Origin: an uncultured Muribaculaceae bacterium
Lineage (GTDB): Bacteria; Bacillota_I; Bacilli_A; RF39; UBA660
Assembly (NCBI GenBank): GCA_964565085.1
Contig: CAZMCS010000002.1
Coordinates: forward strand, 1 to 42,949
DNA: 42,949 nt
Reading direction: 5' to 3'
Under the pieces are notes generated by a model. That model made no database searches. It was not told where the DNA came from and was given only the letters and a program-made list of their open reading frames with translations. Below are positions 42,571 through 42,949 of this stretch, in pieces. Position 1 is the stretch's first letter. Each line of letters begins with the position of its first letter. A program made the position numbers and the translations under genes.

Positions 42571-42949
42571 ATGAAAATATATGTAATAAGCAAGAATGGG
42601 AAGCCACTGATGCCAACAACTCCCGCAAGAGCAAGAAAAATGCTTAGAGACGGAAAAGCTAAGTGTATCCGCAGAACACCATTTACCATTAAGTTGCTCT
42701 ATGAAACCACGAGCTATACTCAATCAATAACACTTGGAGTAGACACCGGAAGTAGTCATGTTGGAAGTGCGGCTGTGGATTCTGCGGGGAGTGTTGTTTA
42801 TTTGTCTGAAACGGAAATCAGAAACGACATTGCTGACAAGATGAAACAACGAGCTAAATATCGTAGGAATAGAAGAAATCGTAAAACAAGGTACCGTCAG
42901 GCACGATGGCTAAACCGCAAAAACAGCATTAAGTCCGATAGATTTTCTC
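42571..42949 (+). CDS. iscB: IscB-family (or IsrB) OMEGA RNA-guided nuclease, N-terminal 126 aa; the ORF runs off the window
   Basis: My translation is MKIYVISKNGKPLMPTTPARARKMLRDGKAKCIRRTPFTIKLL...ITLGVDTGSSHVGSAAVD...RAKYRRNRRNRKTRYRQARWLNRKN. This gives a PLMP domain, the RuvC-I motif GVDTGS, and an arginine-rich RRxRR bridge helix. It is not in the supplied ORF track because it has no stop inside the window. Confidence 0.85.
   Translation, partial: MKIYVISKNGKPLMPTTPARARKMLRDGKAKCIRRTPFTIKLLYETTSYTQSITLGVDTGSSHVGSAAVDSAGSVVYLSETEIRNDIADKMKQRAKYRRNRRNRKTRYRQARWLNRKNSIKSDRFS

Larger units (their letters stand above)
42285..42949 (+). mobile_element. partial IS200/IS605-related OMEGA (IscB) element; left boundary approximate
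   Basis: Composition switches abruptly from AT-rich to GC-richer near 42285. Contents are omega-RNA-like leader plus iscB. No tnpA is visible in the available sequence. Confidence 0.5.

Noticed and set aside
2259-42723. All other minus-strand track ORFs (60-143 aa), e.g. 9083-9514, 21330-22016, 28405-28785, 35081-35911 and 42424-42723
   Set aside because: Each lies entirely antisense to a longer, motif-supported plus-strand gene or to the omega RNA. They lack SDs and have the Leu/Ser/Ile/Phe-rich composition of antisense frames in AT-rich DNA.
1-42949. CRISPR arrays, integrase or att sites, reverse transcriptase (retron/DGR) and toxin-antitoxin pairs
   Set aside because: I saw no regularly spaced direct repeats, and no integrase, recombinase or RT motifs, in any listed ORF or in my reading of the spacers.

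Overview
This window is a densely packed, almost entirely plus-strand gene array from a visibly AT-rich genome that looks like a large tailed phage. Genes have Shine-Dalgarno-led starts, short or overlapping junctions, and one clear intrinsic terminator. No virion structural genes are recognisable. Five themes stand out. (1) RNA and tRNA maintenance: an Rnl1/Trl1-type RNA ligase, an RlaP-like nucleotidyltransferase, a full CCA-adding enzyme, a second divergent CCA-type head domain, two metallophosphoesterases, a tRNA-Tyr without encoded CCA, and a tRNA whose 3' half is encoded upstream of its 5' half (circularly permuted, 39579-39670). (2) An expanded amide-bond set in two blocks (12.4-17.3 kb and 27.1-36.6 kb): three 'DPEF'-type COOH-NH2 ligase paralogues, one GS-like amidoligase with a cysteine-rich insert, two stand-alone Ntn (class II) amidotransferases, two C26/class I amidotransferase-hydrolases, a gamma-glutamyl cyclotransferase, an ATP-grasp ligase and a GNAT. 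Comparative genomics has predicted related phage sets, but as far as I know their product is unresolved. (3) Information processing: a single-chain two-barrel (YonO-like) RNA polymerase, a sigma-70-like factor, a RuvB-like ATPase, an SF2 helicase and an SSB. (4) Host-physiology genes: partial pncB, a soluble PgpH-type HD phosphodiesterase, peptide deformylase and a lytic transglycosylase. (5) Unusually long non-coding, visibly structured stretches at 646-937, 1682-2322 and 41364-42079. At the right edge composition jumps to higher GC at a partial IscB (OMEGA) nuclease gene preceded by a structured omega-RNA-like leader. Every functional call rests on motifs I read by eye; no database search was run.
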